Positions 1 to 7,884 are shown, numbered from the stretch's first letter. The stretch: 10,391 bases of DNA from Candidatus Hermodarchaeota archaeon (GCA_048885535.1 JBHLLO010000070.1:1-10391), one strand, 5' to 3'. Program-made: numbers and translations. Notes: generated from the sequence alone by a model not told the origin.

Positions 1-3
1 TTT

Positions 4-22
4 GTATAGTTATATAATAAAA
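4..22 (+). promoter_or_regulatory. Possible archaeal TATA box for the profilin gene
   Basis: TTATATAT at 10-17, about 30-37 nt upstream of ATG 47, which fits a short-leader transcript. Weak evidence given the AT-rich background. Confidence 0.3.
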
Positions 23-46
23 TGACAATAAAAGTTTTAGGAAAAA

Positions 47-451
47 ATGTCATCAGAAATACAATCAATTATTAATGCTCTCTTAAATGAAGAACAAAAT
101 GTGTTTGGAGTAGCAATCGTAAGTAAATCCGGAACTTTAATTACCCAGACAGAAAATTGGGATGTATCTCAAGACCTTGCTAAAATAAATGAATTACTTC
201 AAACTCAGTTAGAATTGGGCCAGAAAGGCATGTCGAGCATTTCAATACAAGGCATAAAATATATGATTGTTGAAAATACTGAGGAAAGAAAAATTGGTAC
301 CAATATCACTGGTAAAGGGCATATAATAATTGCTCCAGTTCCTATTGGAGGCACAGGTGCTTTAATATGCTATATCAATCCTCAAGTAGGACCAAGAGAT
401 GCCTTATTTTTAGTACAATCTTATGCTTTAAAACTGCAAAACTTAATTTAA
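47..451 (+). CDS. Asgard (Loki-type) profilin, actin-monomer-binding protein
   Basis: 134 aa, profilin-sized. It has the profilin strand pattern GVAIVSKSG and SISIQGIKYMIV (compare the eukaryotic 'G.KY' strand). The blocks ITQTENW, IQGIKYMIVENTEERKIGTNITGKGH and PIGG...GPRD match Lokiarchaeal profilins as I recall them. Confidence 0.93.
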   Translation: MSSEIQSIINALLNEEQNVFGVAIVSKSGTLITQTENWDVSQDLAKINELLQTQLELGQKGMSSISIQGIKYMIVENTEERKIGTNITGKGHIIIAPVPIGGTGALICYINPQVGPRDALFLVQSYALKLQNLI

Positions 452-541
452 ATTCTTCTTAACCTTTTTATTATTACATTTAATATAATTACTTAAGACA
501 ATATTTAAACAAATAATAATCTAAAAAAGGCTGTAATAAAC

Positions 542-904
542 TTGTTACTACAATTAACTAACTATGTTGTAACATACGCACCAATATTTGTTTATTTGAG
601 TTTTGATATTGTTATCCTCATTTTTGCTATCTTTATATACAGGAAAAATTCATATAAATATGGATTATACCTATTGATTTCCTCTTTAATTTCTATAATA
701 TCATATGTAATTCTTATTGCTATTAATTATCCATTTTTGGCTTATACATTAGCAGCAGATTATGGGTTTTCTCCAAATATGATAGGTATTCTGTATTCAA
801 TTTTAGGATTAGTATTTCTGGCTTTAGGGGTTTCTAGTAAAACTCTATTATTTTTAGGAATTTACCAGATATATAAAACTCATAAGCTAAATAGAGGGAA
901 TTAA
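542..904 (+). CDS. Hypothetical membrane protein (about 3 TM helices)
   Basis: 120 aa with a TTG start. Three hydrophobic segments with basic flanks (YRKNSYKY, YKTHK). It fills the gap between profilin and the HDAC gene. Start is uncertain. Confidence 0.75.
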   Translation: MLLQLTNYVVTYAPIFVYLSFDIVILIFAIFIYRKNSYKYGLYLLISSLISIISYVILIAINYPFLAYTLAADYGFSPNMIGILYSILGLVFLALGVSSKTLLFLGIYQIYKTHKLNRGN

Positions 905-939
905 AATGAATATCAATCAATTTTTTATAAATAATATTT

Positions 940-2046
940 TTATTCAGGATTGACATTCTCCCAATAGTTACTTAATAAAGTTTTCAAAGCTTTTCCAATT
1001 TTGAAAATTTCTTCCCGTTTTGATTTTTTAAAAAGATTCTCTTTCTCAAAATCAGCTAGTTCATATTTATCTTTCAAAAGGGCTTTTATTATAGTATGGA
1101 TACAATATGGTAACCCAATCAGGCTGTATCCTCCTTCTAAGGCGAAAACTATTCTACCTTCACAAATTTTTTCAGAAATCTGCAATATCTTTTCAGCGAA
1201 TTTATAATATGACTTACTAGTTAAAAGACAATTACCGATAGGGTCTGCAAAATACATATCAAATCCTGCGGCAACAATAATAAGATCTGGTTTAAATTCA
1301 TTTAGTACTATGTCCATTAAATCAAAAAATATGTAAAAATCCTCATCTATTATCCCTTCAGGAACAGGAAAGTTAATATTTTTTCCAATACCTTCTCCGT
1401 GACCTAACTCATCTATAAATCCTAAATCTGCTTGAGAAAAATCATATTCATGAATTGAAAAGTAAAGTATTGTAGGATCTTCGTAAAAATATTGCGCTAG
1501 ACCGTCCCCAAAGTGATTATCAATGTCAATTATTGCAATTTTTTTTTTATAATTCAATCGATTCCTTAAATATAGGATTGCAGTGGCAATATTATTAAAA
1601 ATACATAACCCTGAAGCTCTTTCTCTGTATGCATGGTGACCTGGGGGTCTGATTATAGCGAATGTTTGATTAACTTGCTTTTCAAGCACACTCTCAATTG
1701 CTTGGATGACCCCTCCAACTGCTTTCTTAGCTAGTTCATATGTATCTCCCGTAATGAACACTTCTTCATCTATCAAACCACCACCCATTTTCGAAAGCCG
1801 GTTGACTGATTCAATATGATATTGTGAATGCCCTAATCGAAGGATATCTTCATTAATAGATTTTGGTTCTAACTTAATCACGCGATCATCATGAAAGATT
1901 TTCTTCTTATTGAAATATTCGATAACACATTTAAGTCTTAATGGATTTTCAAAAGAGTTGAAACTTGGTTTAGGAAACGGCGGAATATGCTTTGATGAGA
2001 AATCATCATCAATAACAATCCCTAATTTTTTATTCATATTCATCAT
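940..2046 (-). CDS. Zn-dependent histone deacetylase/AcuC/AphA superfamily amidohydrolase
   Basis: Family motifs occur in order: ENPLR, RPPGHHA, GLCIFNN, DIDNHFGDG, SIHE, G.G.G.NINFP, AGFD....DPIG, LEGGY. Alternative ATGs at 2043 and 2037. Confidence 0.95.
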   Translation of the reverse strand: MMNMNKKLGIVIDDDFSSKHIPPFPKPSFNSFENPLRLKCVIEYFNKKKIFHDDRVIKLEPKSINEDILRLGHSQYHIESVNRLSKMGGGLIDEEVFITGDTYELAKKAVGGVIQAIESVLEKQVNQTFAIIRPPGHHAYRERASGLCIFNNIATAILYLRNRLNYKKKIAIIDIDNHFGDGLAQYFYEDPTILYFSIHEYDFSQADLGFIDELGHGEGIGKNINFPVPEGIIDEDFYIFFDLMDIVLNEFKPDLIIVAAGFDMYFADPIGNCLLTSKSYYKFAEKILQISEKICEGRIVFALEGGYSLIGLPYCIHTIIKALLKDKYELADFEKENLFKKSKREEIFKIGKALKTLLSNYWENVNPE

Positions 2047-2150
2047 ATTGATTTTTAGATTTTAAAAAATACCTAGAATAATATATTAGAAATTGCTTAA
2101 ATTAATTTAAAAATAATTTAATTTTAATTAAAAAAACTTGAGTATAAAAG

Positions 2151-4394
2151 ATGGTTGTCGTCGAAATTGTATCTACAATCTTATTGAATGTAATTCCAAT
2201 CATTGTAATAATGATTCCCTATTTCTTTATCAGAAAAAAAGCGATAGGGAAGTTGTATGGACGAATACTACTCGGAATTATTGTGTTCTATGTAGTCTAT
2301 TGGGTTTTGCCTATAATATTTCAATTAGGAGCTGCTCCAATAGAACTTACACTTGAGTCTGGAGAAGAGGGAAATACGGCTTTAGGAATTGGTTACATTA
2401 TTACTCACTTTCTCTCGTTGCTCTCCTTATTTGCTTCGTACCCTCTTGTTACCCTCCCTTTTATATTCATTGTGGCACCATTCATCTCTGTTTTACTAGT
2501 TTGGAATAAATTACGAAAAGAGAAACTACCAATAAAAGAATCTCTTGCTGGATTAACATATCATTTAACAGAAAGTCCGTTTAAGCAGATAAGAAACGAA
2601 CTAATTAAAGGTGATTGGAGTAGAGAAAAAGAGATTTTAAAATTGCTAATTGTATTATTACCCATTTCTCTATTTCTTCTTCAATTACTATTAAGAATTA
2701 CAAACCTAGAAACTGTTTCATTGACTGATGGCGAAACTGCCTTAGGATGGTTTCTCGAAATTTTGTTTGTTTACCTTGCTACTTTTATTTTTAGTGTTGA
2801 ATTACTACTTAGCTCACAAATTGCATTAAAAGGGAGATACTTTGGAGAAACTATAAGAACTCAAACATATAAAAGCTTATATACTGTTGGTGCTCCCATC
2901 TCAATTTTATCGATTATATTATTTATAGTTGAGGGAATACAAACAGGATCTCTGGAATCTATAGGAATCATAATCTACTTCTTTGCTTATTTTATAATGG
3001 CTTCGATTATATTTGTTTTATTTTTAAAAATGTTCGAGCCTATTTCCATCCTAATCTTCATTAAGATTATCGATTGGTGGAAAAACCGGAAACAAAAAAA
3101 GAAAGTAACTGATACAAAGAACTGGTATTATGGAATTGTTTTTGCTTGTTTAGCCTTTTTCATATATTTCGTAATCAATTATCTACTTTTTGGTAACATA
3201 TATATGTTTCTCTTTCCTAATCCCTCAGTCATTGAAGACTCTGCCATATTCAGTTCACTAACTCACACTTTAGGTTATTCTCTTGGATTTGATCTCATGA
3301 ATATATTTTCCTTTGTCACCTTAACTGTCGTTTCTCTCATAATTTCAGTATTTTTTCTAGTCTATAGCTTTAAATATATACGAAGTACCTTTACGGCAGT
3401 TTTATCATATTTACCAATAATAATAGGGCTTTCAATTTTATTTTTTATTCTCCCTGGAAGTCCAAATGCATTGATAAATTTTGGACCTGATAAGTACTGG
3501 ATTACAGGGCAAAGTAGTTATACTACAATCTTTGGTTTTTTATTCTTTACTTTAAGAACAGCAGGCTTAGAAGCAAATCTGGGTCCAATATTGGGTATTT
3601 TGGCAGCACCATACATATACACACGATATATTTTTAATATAGTTATCTGGGGTTTAATAATTCATTATCTGCGAAAAGAATTTAAAACAAAGAACTTAAT
3701 AGTTGATGAAAAACACACTGAAAAACTTGTATTTTCTTCAATTTCTGATTATCTCACTGCTGATGATTATAAAAAAGGGGAAATCCAATATCTGATCACA
3801 AGAAATGAAGATATTCCACAAGAAACTATAAGATCAGAAAGGGAAGAAGTTCAAACTTTACTAAATTCTCTAGAAGAAGATAAACTTCTAACAGATCTTA
3901 TTCCATTTGAAGAAGGCGAAAAACAGCGATTTTATTTTACCCTGAAATATCTTTTCAACAAAGATTATGTTGATATTTTAAAACCAGAGTTTAGTTACAT
4001 ATTTGAAAGAGTTGAAAAGCAAGGACTATATATAATTTATGATGATGGGAGAGGTATATTCGACTATAGTTTTGTAAAAGAAGTTTTTCATGATCCTGGA
4101 TTAATTTCTGGTATGGTCTCAGCAATTACATCATTTATAAAAGAAACGACCAAATCTCAGGATTTACTTAAAACGATTGATCATGGTGATATTACAATAT
4201 TAATTGAATACGGAAGAAGAATATTTGGAGTATTATTCATTAAAGGAAAACAAACTGCAGAAGTAAGGGCTAGATTAAAATCCTTTGTTGAAAGATTTGA
4301 GTTAAAATATCAAACTGTGTTAGAAGATTGGAGCGGGGCACTGGTACACTTCAAGGAAGACCATTCGATGGTTGAGGAAATCTTCCAAGAATAA
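2151..4394 (+). CDS. Polytopic membrane protein (about 12-14 TM) with a C-terminal cytoplasmic longin-like domain
   Basis: Residues ~1-507 are alternating hydrophobic helices and the last ~240 aa are soluble. Residues ~624-747 (GLYIIYDDGRGIF...DPGLISGMVSAITSFIKE...TIDHGDITILIEYG...FGVLF...LKSFVERFELKY...DWSG) follow the beta-beta-alpha-beta-beta-beta-alpha-alpha longin pattern common in Asgard proteins. Confidence 0.85.
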   Translation: MVVVEIVSTILLNVIPIIVIMIPYFFIRKKAIGKLYGRILLGIIVFYVVYWVLPIIFQLGAAPIELTLESGEEGNTALGIGYIITHFLSLLSLFASYPLVTLPFIFIVAPFISVLLVWNKLRKEKLPIKESLAGLTYHLTESPFKQIRNELIKGDWSREKEILKLLIVLLPISLFLLQLLLRITNLETVSLTDGETALGWFLEILFVYLATFIFSVELLLSSQIALKGRYFGETIRTQTYKSLYTVGAPISILSIILFIVEGIQTGSLESIGIIIYFFAYFIMASIIFVLFLKMFEPISILIFIKIIDWWKNRKQKKKVTDTKNWYYGIVFACLAFFIYFVINYLLFGNIYMFLFPNPSVIEDSAIFSSLTHTLGYSLGFDLMNIFSFVTLTVVSLIISVFFLVYSFKYIRSTFTAVLSYLPIIIGLSILFFILPGSPNALINFGPDKYWITGQSSYTTIFGFLFFTLRTAGLEANLGPILGILAAPYIYTRYIFNIVIWGLIIHYLRKEFKTKNLIVDEKHTEKLVFSSISDYLTADDYKKGEIQYLITRNEDIPQETIRSEREEVQTLLNSLEEDKLLTDLIPFEEGEKQRFYFTLKYLFNKDYVDILKPEFSYIFERVEKQGLYIIYDDGRGIFDYSFVKEVFHDPGLISGMVSAITSFIKETTKSQDLLKTIDHGDITILIEYGRRIFGVLFIKGKQTAEVRARLKSFVERFELKYQTVLEDWSGALVHFKEDHSMVEEIFQE

Positions 4395-4432
4395 TAAAAA
4401 TATTTTTTTCCTTCTCTTTTTTTCTTTATTTT
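4395..4432 (+). terminator. Oligo-T archaeal-type terminator region between convergent genes
   Basis: Pyrimidine tract with two T7 runs (tttttttccttctctttttttctttatttt) immediately after the stop at 4394. Confidence 0.5.
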
Positions 4433-5245
4433 CTATTCTGGTATAGTGGCTACGGCTCGTACCCATCCAGCACTGGCTCTAGCAATTTTGATAGGGAAAC
4501 AGTAGATTGTCGCTCCAACTGCAGGAACTTTATCTAAATTTATCATTTTTTCCATTTGAAAGTAGCCTCTTTCAATACCGGCAAAATGGCCTTCCCAAAT
4601 TAAGGATTTATTAGGAACTTCATCTTTAACCGATTTCTCCCATTTAGCGGCTGTGATGGTAAATGGAGCATCCCACGACCATGCATCTATACCAACTACA
4701 TGTACCCCTTGTCTAATAGTATGTAATGTTGCTTCTTTTCCAATTCCAACCCCATGGTTAATATATTCTTTTGTTCCATAATATTTTGGAGCATTTGTAT
4801 GCACACATACAATATCTCCCTCTTTTAATTTATGTCCGATTAGATCTAACTTTTGATCGATATCTTCTGGATTCAACACATAACCTTCTTCATAATCGGT
4901 GCAATCTAACACGATAAGAGAACCAATACCCCATTCCAATGGAAATTCATCAATAGTTTTTGCTTTCATTTTTAATATCTCAGTATCTTGAATAGGAGCA
5001 TAATGCCAGGGTGCATCCATATGAGTACCAGAGTGTGTTCCTAAAGTAAGAATTTCTGTAGCCCATCCTTTTCCATCAGGTAAATGTTCTTCTGGTTTCA
5101 ATTTAGCAAAAATCGAGCTCATCTGTTCTGCTCCTCTATCATGGTTCCTATATTCGATATGGGGTTGGGTTAATTGAGGGTCAAATATCAATTCCTCAGG
5201 ATTAACTATAGGAATACTTAAATCAATAAATTTCAAACTCTCCAC
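4433..5245 (-). CDS. Cyclase-family (kynurenine formamidase KynB-like) metal-dependent hydrolase
   Basis: N-terminal IDLS, signature HSGTHMDAPWH (HxGTHxDxPxH), GDIV, VGID, WEGH, ME, and C-terminal FPIKI...SAGWVRAVA. GTG start. Confidence 0.93.
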   Translation of the reverse strand: MESLKFIDLSIPIVNPEELIFDPQLTQPHIEYRNHDRGAEQMSSIFAKLKPEEHLPDGKGWATEILTLGTHSGTHMDAPWHYAPIQDTEILKMKAKTIDEFPLEWGIGSLIVLDCTDYEEGYVLNPEDIDQKLDLIGHKLKEGDIVCVHTNAPKYYGTKEYINHGVGIGKEATLHTIRQGVHVVGIDAWSWDAPFTITAAKWEKSVKDEVPNKSLIWEGHFAGIERGYFQMEKMINLDKVPAVGATIYCFPIKIARASAGWVRAVATIPE

Positions 5246-5251
5246 CTGAAT

Positions 5252-5443
5252 CTATTTTTTTATCAGATAATACAACACTACTACCAATCTAAAGGCAATT
5301 AGAAAAATTCCGCATCCTATCCCAAAAAAATAAGGAAATCCTAAACCAATATCTGTTGGTATTAGAAATAAAGCTATAAGCAAGATGATACTACCTACAA
5401 CTATTAAAAATAATCCTCCTAGACTTTTTTTCCTTTCTGACAA
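5252..5443 (-). CDS. Small 2-TM membrane protein
   Basis: 63 aa helical hairpin with basic termini. The TTG start has AGGTGA (SD-like) 7 nt upstream. The stop lies 6 nt before the cyclase start, so the two are probably co-transcribed. Confidence 0.7.
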   Translation of the reverse strand: MSERKKSLGGLFLIVVGSIILLIALFLIPTDIGLGFPYFFGIGCGIFLIAFRLVVVLYYLIKK

Positions 5444-5544
5444 TACATTTTCACCTACACGTGTTTTTATAAGTATAATATTTAGTTTAATAAAAATGAA
5501 ATCTGAAAAACAATTTTAAAATAAAAAATTGAAGATAAAAATTC

Positions 5545-6168
5545 CTACAATAAAAGAGGAAGGCAGGTAGTAAACCCTGTTAAAATACCAATAAAAAAAC
5601 CAACAATCAAATTTATTATTGCTGTTTTAATATAGAATCTATTATAGCTTACTATTAACCAAATACTTACTAATATCTCTAATAGTGAAAAAAATGACCC
5701 TAATGAGATTGCATAAAAGATTAATCTTTCAATAGATGTTAAACTGCCGATTTCAATAATCCCATTCAAGTTCCATGGACTAAATACTCCAATTGAATTA
5801 ATATAAATAAAAATAAATCTGTCTGGGATTGGATCAAGTACCCAAATTAAAAAATAGGTAAGAATAGTTGATAATATGCCTACACCAAAAATTATATAAA
5901 AAGTACCTAAAATGACATGCGAAAACCTTGCAACCAGTTTTTCATCCAAATTATTCTGATATGCATTCATACCATATTTACTATAATTTTTCTTAAACCG
6001 AAATAAAACTATCACACCTAAAATTATAAGGATAAAAGATAAAATGTATTTAAGAAATATAAACATAATTGAAAGAATATTAGTAATCCAATCGAAGCCC
6101 CAATCGAGGTCTTGAGAAACTTGAGTTGAATCCAAAGCAAGATAAATTGCTTTTAATAACAAGCTCAT
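5545..6168 (-). CDS. Hypothetical membrane protein (about 4 TM)
   Basis: 207 aa ORF with four long hydrophobic segments and a DPIPDRFIF loop. No family recognised. Confidence 0.8.
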   Translation of the reverse strand: MSLLLKAIYLALDSTQVSQDLDWGFDWITNILSIMFIFLKYILSFILIILGVIVLFRFKKNYSKYGMNAYQNNLDEKLVARFSHVILGTFYIIFGVGILSTILTYFLIWVLDPIPDRFIFIYINSIGVFSPWNLNGIIEIGSLTSIERLIFYAISLGSFFSLLEILVSIWLIVSYNRFYIKTAIINLIVGFFIGILTGFTTCLPLLL

Positions 6169-6317
6169 CTATCATTAATTAAAATGAATATATTTAAAGT
6201 CAAATATTGATAAAATATTGAACGGAAGCAAATATTTAAATAAGAATCAAAATCAAACAAAGATTAAAGACAATCTCATGGTTTAACTACTAAAAAAAAC
6301 TAAATTGGAGTAAAAAA

Positions 6318-6563
6318 ATGAGAGAAAATAAGAAGATATTATACAGACCTAGATGTGAAAACTGTGGAAATAGACTATATCGAAGTCATCATCCCTTTAG
6401 GAATTATTTTTGGGGGACAATTCCCTCACATTGCCCTAGATGTGGAAAAGAAGTAAGTCTAGATCAAAAAAATCAGCTGATAAAACATGAAGGATTATTT
6501 TGCCTGCTAATATGTAGCATATTTATTACGTTTGTAATAGTTGTATTAATAATTGTTTTATAA
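6318..6563 (+). CDS. Zn-ribbon protein with a C-terminal membrane anchor
   Basis: CENC (13-16) and CPRC (39-42), each followed by Gly. The last ~22 residues are hydrophobic. GGAG SD-like motif at 6307-6310. Confidence 0.8.
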   Translation: MRENKKILYRPRCENCGNRLYRSHHPFRNYFWGTIPSHCPRCGKEVSLDQKNQLIKHEGLFCLLICSIFITFVIVVLIIVL

Positions 6564-6625
6564 TTCAGTATCAAGATTAAATCTAAACGCCTTAAAGAAC
6601 TATATATATCTCTATTGAGACGTGA

Positions 6626-6886
6626 TCAATCTTTTATTATATAATCTCCAATTGGAATACTTATTGTGTCCAATTGATTAGCAGTCTTCTTAAATTGCTT
6701 AATTATTTTCTTTACCACCCGTTGAGTTTCTTCTAATTTCTGATCTCTTAGTCCTTTTATTTGATCTCTTACTTGATCTCTTATCTCTTTAAAATCATTT
6801 ACCATTCGACTATAATATATTTTATCTTCTTCTAGTTTATCCCAAGCTTCTTTTAATTTCTCTTGTAATAATTCATTGATATCCAT
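6626..6886 (-). CDS. Small charged coiled-coil hypothetical protein
   Basis: 86 aa, rich in E/K/Q/R/D with heptad-like hydrophobic spacing. GTGAGGG SD-like motif upstream of the ATG. Confidence 0.75.
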   Translation of the reverse strand: MDINELLQEKLKEAWDKLEEDKIYYSRMVNDFKEIRDQVRDQIKGLRDQKLEETQRVVKKIIKQFKKTANQLDTISIPIGDYIIKD

Positions 6887-6971
6887 CTAGAATACCCTCA
6901 CTCTTTTTCATAATGGGATTAATTTTTGAGTAAAATTTTAATTCTTATCATTTATTCTTTAATAAATTACT

Positions 6972-7562
6972 TCAAATTTTCCTGCATACTAATTCTCCTT
7001 TTCCAATAGGGACTATTAAGGTATCTACTCTCTGATCAGCCAACGCTTTATCTAGCATTGGTTTCAAGATTTCATAATGATTAATGGCATTATCAGCAAC
7101 TAAGATACCGCCTTTAACCAAATTAGGTATTATAAGATCATAACATTCTCCATAAATTTTTTTCTTAGCATCTAAGAAACAAAACGATATATTTTTATAA
7201 TTTGGAATGTGTTCAAGCGCGTCACCTTCAACTAATTCGATAATATCCCCTACATTAGCCAATTTAAAAGTTTTCCGTGCTAATTCTGCTTTCCCTTTTA
7301 ATATTTCAAAAGTTATTAATTTTCTTCCAAGAAGTCGACATGCCAACGATATCCATAACGCAGAATATCCTCCGCTGGTACCAATTTCTAAATAAACACC
7401 CTCAGGAGCACTAGCCGCCAAAATAGAAATGAACCTACCTGTTTCAGGAGGTATCTGTCGAAGCCTCTCCATTCTTGGAGTCCCATCAAGACGATCCTTT
7501 GAATCTATACCTTCTAAGTATTTCATTCTCTCTTTAATTACTTCTGGGATATTATGAAACAT
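6972..7562 (-). CDS. SAM-dependent O-methyltransferase, COMT/CCoAOMT/YrrM family
   Basis: [10 protein letters not shown] (motif I), ITFE, GDA, FLDAKK and GGILVADN (cation-binding D and DN residues). I prefer ATG 7562 (MFHNIP, preceded by GAGTGG) over the track's TTG at 7583. Confidence 0.92.
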   Translation of the reverse strand: MFHNIPEVIKERMKYLEGIDSKDRLDGTPRMERLRQIPPETGRFISILAASAPEGVYLEIGTSGGYSALWISLACRLLGRKLITFEILKGKAELARKTFKLANVGDIIELVEGDALEHIPNYKNISFCFLDAKKKIYGECYDLIIPNLVKGGILVADNAINHYEILKPMLDKALADQRVDTLIVPIGKGELVCRKI

Positions 7563-7644
7563 ACTTGATAATCCACTCAACAAATATTTAATAGTTAAAA
7601 TGAAAAATATAAGAAAAATTTTATACTAAGAATAGAATTCATAC

Positions 7645-7884
7645 TCAGCATTTTAATTCTTCTGGGTTATAACCTCCTTCTTTTAACAGCTTTTGAATAC
7701 TTGTGGAATCTAAACCATAAAAACATCTTCTTGATTTAATTTTGAAAGCTCAATCCTAAGCTAATTAGATAACGGCTCGTCAGCATCAAGAACATCGTTA
7801 ATTTCATTAATTGACAGAAGGAAATGTTTTTATATCCGAAGAACTTACTTTGAGATCAAATAATCCAATTTTAAGCGAATCTGT
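7645..7884 (-). pseudogene. Possible degraded gene remnant
   Basis: Less AT-rich than the other spacers. A protein-like minus-strand reading can be stitched across two homopolymer frameshifts and one TAG, ending ...YGLDSTSIQKLLKEGGYNPEELKC*. No family recognised. Confidence 0.25.

Noticed and set aside
1001-1207. 68-aa + strand ORF
   Set aside because: Entirely antisense within the well-supported HDAC gene and has no motif.
2138-2356. 72-aa Cys-rich + strand ORF that looks metallothionein-like
   Set aside because: Out-of-frame overlap with the 747-aa gene. The Cys codons are a by-product of Ile/Val-rich codons read in another frame.
6186-6242. AAATATTGA direct repeat (6202-6210, 6213-6221) and ATATTTAAA copies in a divergent spacer
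   Set aside because: Short and nearly all A/T, so not distinguishable from background.
6626-6886. Coiled-coil protein as an ESCRT-III/SNARE/prefoldin homologue
   Set aside because: Only generic heptad character, with no diagnostic motif or TM anchor. It cannot be supported without a profile search.
7207-7395. 62-aa + strand ORF
   Set aside because: Antisense shadow of the O-methyltransferase.
7665-7674. Palindrome GGTTATAACC (and ACACGTGT at 5457-5464)
   Set aside because: Isolated 8-10 bp palindromes are expected by chance in 10 kb.
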